This document shows positions 45,382 through 48,281 of a stretch of 48,281 bases of DNA, piece by piece. The translations under genes were made by a program, and so were the position numbers. This stretch comes from Candidatus Zixiibacteriota bacterium (GTDB taxonomy: Bacteria; Zixibacteria; MSB-5A5; JAABVY01; JAHJOQ01). The stretch's first letter is position 1. Each line of letters starts with the position of its first letter. The notes below the pieces were generated by a model. The model was not told the DNA's origin. It did not search any database and saw nothing but the letters and a program-made list of their open reading frames with translations. The stretch lies in assembly GCA_020053015.1 (NCBI GenBank), contig JAGVNY010000140.1:1-48281 (forward strand), written 5' to 3'.

Positions 45382-47034
45382 TCATCTGTCCTCCAGGAGT
45401 TTGTGCAACAATGCCTCCATCTCTGCCAACTGTGCTTTTAGCATCTCGATCTCTTCACGTTGCAGCTGATTCTCGTTGTATAGCGCCTGAATGCCAGCCA
45501 GCGCGACACCATCCGGATCGATCGTAGTTATGTGCGTGTTGTCCTCACCGATGTCGAACGCGGCGTAGAAATCCTGGGCCATCGGGCCTATGTGACGGAT
45601 CGAAGGATTCTGAGCCTTGTAGTTCCAGGAACTTATGGGCAGCAAGGCGATTCTCTCAAGCAACTCCCGTGTGTCGACAAGCGCGAAATTCTCCTTGAGA
45701 TTCCGATCTGAGATGGACGACCATGATCCGCCACCGGCTGCAACCTGCACTCCGGCGTTCGGAGCGCCAGTTCCGTCAATTCCGGTGACGAATCGCACAC
45801 CGCCCGTGGCCCGTGCCGCAAACTCATTGTCAGCCACTGAAGTAAAATCGAAATCGCTCGTGTCTGCCCAGACAAACGCGCCATCGTCATTGGCCTTAGC
45901 TTTCCTGCCGGCAGCGAAGCTGTAGAATCCTCCCGCTACATTGTAGTTGCCGCCCGGGACTGTGGCGTAAGATCCGCTGGCTGTGTTGGTCTCCCCTCCT
46001 CCAATTGTGCTCCCCCAGCCGCTGGCCCTGTTAATCGTCCCACCACAAACTGCGGCGCCCCAGTTACTGGCAGTGTTGCCGGCGCCACCTCCCACAGTGC
46101 TGAAAAAAGAGCCGACTGTGTTCATGTTGCCACCTGCGACGGTACCATAAGCGCCGCTAGCCGTGTGCCCATGGCCCCCGCCGATTGCGGACGAACCACC
46201 CTGGGCGGTGATAGCATTCTCGCTTCCTCCAGCTATTGTGCCATTGCTTTCGATAACGTTCTCCTTGCCGCCACCGATTGTGCTCCAATTCCCACTGATG
46301 GAGTTATCGTGTCCACCTCCGATGGTCGACAAGAAATCACCACTAATGATGTTCCCTGTTCCACCGCCCACCGTATGGTACGAGCCTTCAGCAGTGTTAC
46401 CAGAACCTGCTACGAAGGAAAACTCGCCTGTGTTCGTATTGCCCGGTCCCAATGTAGCTCTGCCTCCAACCCAGCCATCAAGGTCTATGACGACTTCGTA
46501 ATTGTCGTTCATGACCTGTATACGCCCTGGATCTGGATCGAGGTTCATGTCGTCCTGGCCGATTACGAAGAGCGCTGGTTGCCGTTCGCCACCCAGATCG
46601 CCAGCAACTCGGAGATCGCCTTGGATTATCCCCCCCGACGCGCCATCCACCGTGCTTACGCGGTGTGAATAAGCGACAGAAGTCAGTCGCGTGCGCGGGA
46701 CTACATCCTCGCCTTCCACTGCAAGCTGAAGCCAGCGGTCCGGCTCCGCAAATACGGTGTCATCAATCGGAACCTGCGAGCCGAGGATGACCGAGAAGAT
46801 GCCTTCGTTGACGTAAACGTCTGAAGCTTCGGACCAAATCGGATTTCCACCGGTCGAGTCGTCGTAAATGGCGAATGTCATAGAATAAGTGCCGGATACT
46901 GGATCGCCTGAAGTGCCGGTTAAACGCCCCTGGTAGTTGAGCATCTGAGGAGCTGCACCGTATGCGACAGCCGTGAAAGCCAGCGTCAGCAGCCCCAGTG
47001 CAAAAACCATCGATGGCAAATTCGTCTTCTTCAT
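45382..47034 (-). CDS. Secreted tail-fibre-like trimeric adhesin with a C-terminal Peptidase S74 intramolecular chaperone
   Basis: GGAGGAGG RBS before ATG 47034; signal peptide; PQMLNYQGRL...FAIYD...IWSE domain; about 14-aa repeats of the form GNTASG..STIGGG; WSSISDRNLKEN...HIGPMAQDF...ALAGIQAL and a terminal coiled coil. Confidence 0.87.
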   Translation of the reverse strand: MKKTNLPSMVFALGLLTLAFTAVAYGAAPQMLNYQGRLTGTSGDPVSGTYSMTFAIYDDSTGGNPIWSEASDVYVNEGIFSVILGSQVPIDDTVFAEPDRWLQLAVEGEDVVPRTRLTSVAYSHRVSTVDGASGGIIQGDLRVAGDLGGERQPALFVIGQDDMNLDPDPGRIQVMNDNYEVVIDLDGWVGGRATLGPGNTNTGEFSFVAGSGNTAEGSYHTVGGGTGNIISGDFLSTIGGGHDNSISGNWSTIGGGKENVIESNGTIAGGSENAITAQGGSSAIGGGHGHTASGAYGTVAGGNMNTVGSFFSTVGGGAGNTASNWGAAVCGGTINRASGWGSTIGGGETNTASGSYATVPGGNYNVAGGFYSFAAGRKAKANDDGAFVWADTSDFDFTSVADNEFAARATGGVRFVTGIDGTGAPNAGVQVAAGGGSWSSISDRNLKENFALVDTRELLERIALLPISSWNYKAQNPSIRHIGPMAQDFYAAFDIGEDNTHITTIDPDGVALAGIQALYNENQLQREEIEMLKAQLAEMEALLHKLLEDR

Positions 47035-47431
47035 CTTCCTCCTCCAATGAGATACTATGTGAGACATTGCTCTGTCCCCTGCCTTCTCAGCACAGAGTCA
47101 GCACGATTAATGCGTGTCAGTACTCACGGCGGTGATGGGAAAACGAAACACACTCTACGGTCAAAGGCAAGTCATTGAAACAGCAGACTAATCTTGGCTA
47201 TATATCCTCCTTTCGCTCCATAGCTAAACCGGTTCGTACAAGCTTACTCCTTCCTGCTCCATTAGCCACCTCAGGGTCAAGTGCCTTTTCCGAGACGCAG
47301 ATTGAGAGAACTTTCGGTACTGTATTTCATACATAACCACCGAGGCACTTCTTGTCAAGGACAAATACCCGAGGCCTTTCCTCAAAACAAGGTCATGGTT
47401 AGGAGAGGAAGCACTGAGTTTGTGGCAAATT

Positions 47432-47548
47432 GCAGGTCGAGCCCTCCTGTCGAAGGCCCTGACGAAGGAAGAGGGCTTGATGATTCGATGGGTATGCGTC
47501 AATCCCCCCTTCCTTCATCAGGGTCTCCGACAAGAGGGATTGATCTAC
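47432..47548. repeat. REP doublet (REPIN-like): two inverted copies of an approximately 50-nt GTAG element
   Basis: Plus copy GCAG-GTCGAGCCCTC-CTGTCGAAGGCCCTGACGAAGGAA-GAGGGCTTGAT (47432-47481); minus copy GTAG-ATCAATCCCTC-TTGTCGGAGACCCTGATGAAGGAA-GGGGGATTGAC (47548-47498). Confidence 0.75.
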
Positions 47549-47964
47549 TGCGAATCTACTATCTCGTACTTGTGTTGGACTTCCGCTGCGCATTTGATCA
47601 TCGTCAGTGCGCCGCAGTATTTCTTGTCGGTGAGGTCGATCGCACGTTCGACGTCTGCGGGTTTGATTCCCTTGCCGGTGATCTTGTGTGTGAGCACAAT
47701 CTTCGTGAAGACACGCGGATGCTCTTCGGTCATATCCGCGTCGATCTCCATCTCATAGGAGTGCACGTTGAGTCTGCGTTTGATCAGGATCGACAGCACA
47801 TCCATCGCAGCGCATCCGCCCATTCCCACCAGCATCACCTGCATCGGGCGCGATCCCGCGTTGTGACCGCCCACATCCTCGGGCGCATCCATAGTGATCC
47901 AATGGTTGCTCTCCCCTTTCGCTGCCAGTGCGAGACCGTCGATTTGCTTGATATTGACCTTCAT
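47545..47964 (-). CDS. OsmC/Ohr (YhfA-like) family protein
   Basis: GSRPMQVMLVGMGGCAAMD, HPRVFTKI and KYCGA two-Cys pattern; start reset to ATG 47964. Confidence 0.9.
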   Translation of the reverse strand: MKVNIKQIDGLALAAKGESNHWITMDAPEDVGGHNAGSRPMQVMLVGMGGCAAMDVLSILIKRRLNVHSYEMEIDADMTEEHPRVFTKIVLTHKITGKGIKPADVERAIDLTDKKYCGALTMIKCAAEVQHKYEIVDSQ

Positions 47965-48118
47965 GCGTTCAGCCCTTACAAATGGTTGATTCTGGAATGT
48001 GCACTTAGTTTCATGCTGCGATTCAAGGATTGCTATTTCATTAAGGGTCTCTTTAATAACCCGATCCCTATCAAGATTATCGCTCCGTTTCTTCAACAAC
48101 GCAAGCGCGAAGATGCTT

Positions 48119-48214
48119 CCCTCACCCCGGTCTGGGACCATCCCCTCTCTCGAGAGCGAGTGGATCTGCAGACAATCCATGCCGTAGGGACATGGCGCTG
48201 TGCAGTGCCACGAC
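48119..48214. repeat. Degenerate BoxC-like and GTAG-REP-like remnants
   Basis: CCCTCACCCC...CCCCTCTCTC-GAGAG at 48119-48156; GTAG-GGACATGGCGCTG-TG-CAGTGCCA from 48184. Confidence 0.4.
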
Positions 48215-48281
48215 ATAGTATACAGGTTATGCCAAGAGATGGGTGACACATTGAGTGGCGGAGGAGGTATCTTTCTTCGTG

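Noticed and set aside
45382-47034. Prophage tail fibre or prophage remnant
   Set aside because: The protein has a Sec signal peptide and a dockerin partner, and no capsid, terminase, integrase or other phage genes are nearby.
47224-47400. Possible pseudogene fragment upstream of the fibre gene
   Set aside because: No recognisable family motif in the frames I read.
47281-48246. 321-aa plus-strand ORF
   Set aside because: It is antisense to the OsmC-family gene, runs through the REP doublet and has no protein motifs; treated as a shadow ORF.

Overview
Chromosomal, mostly housekeeping window from a diderm bacterium. The repeated 'GD-x-N...IDD-x-x-YLI-x-Y-x-F-x-GGP-x-P' dockerin-like C-termini resemble those I associate with candidate-phylum Zixibacteria and related FCB lineages; this is an inference, not a search result. 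Contents in order: a partial GAF-HisKA kinase, purF, an S8 protease with a dockerin, a complete 14-gene nuoA-N complex I operon, a cohesin/dockerin protein, an ftcD-PHP-metalloprotease-ECF S-component-OM barrel-HD-MFS gene string, an ACAD-MBL-carboxyltransferase cluster, a homocysteine methyltransferase, tRNA-Ala(UGC), a TPR lipoprotein plus cohesin-like protein, a PEP-CTERM gene, a dense cluster of GTAG-REP/BoxC-like palindromes, a secreted S74-chaperone fibre with a dockerin partner, and an OsmC-family gene. Highlights: (1) a small CPYC glutaredoxin-like gene sits between nuoM and nuoN and is probably a selenoprotein (UGA-Gly-Phe-stop followed by a SECIS-like hairpin), which the ORF track truncates; (2) a non-cellulosomal cohesin-dockerin surface display system with two dockerin classes, whose cargo includes a protease and probably a phage-tail-fibre-like adhesin recruited through a small adaptor; (3) a complete UAS-IHF-sigma54 promoter architecture in front of the PEP-CTERM gene; (4) structurally covarying GTAG-REP elements, some sharing their GTAG with gene stop codons. 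All protein calls come from motif recognition by eye; no database searches were run.
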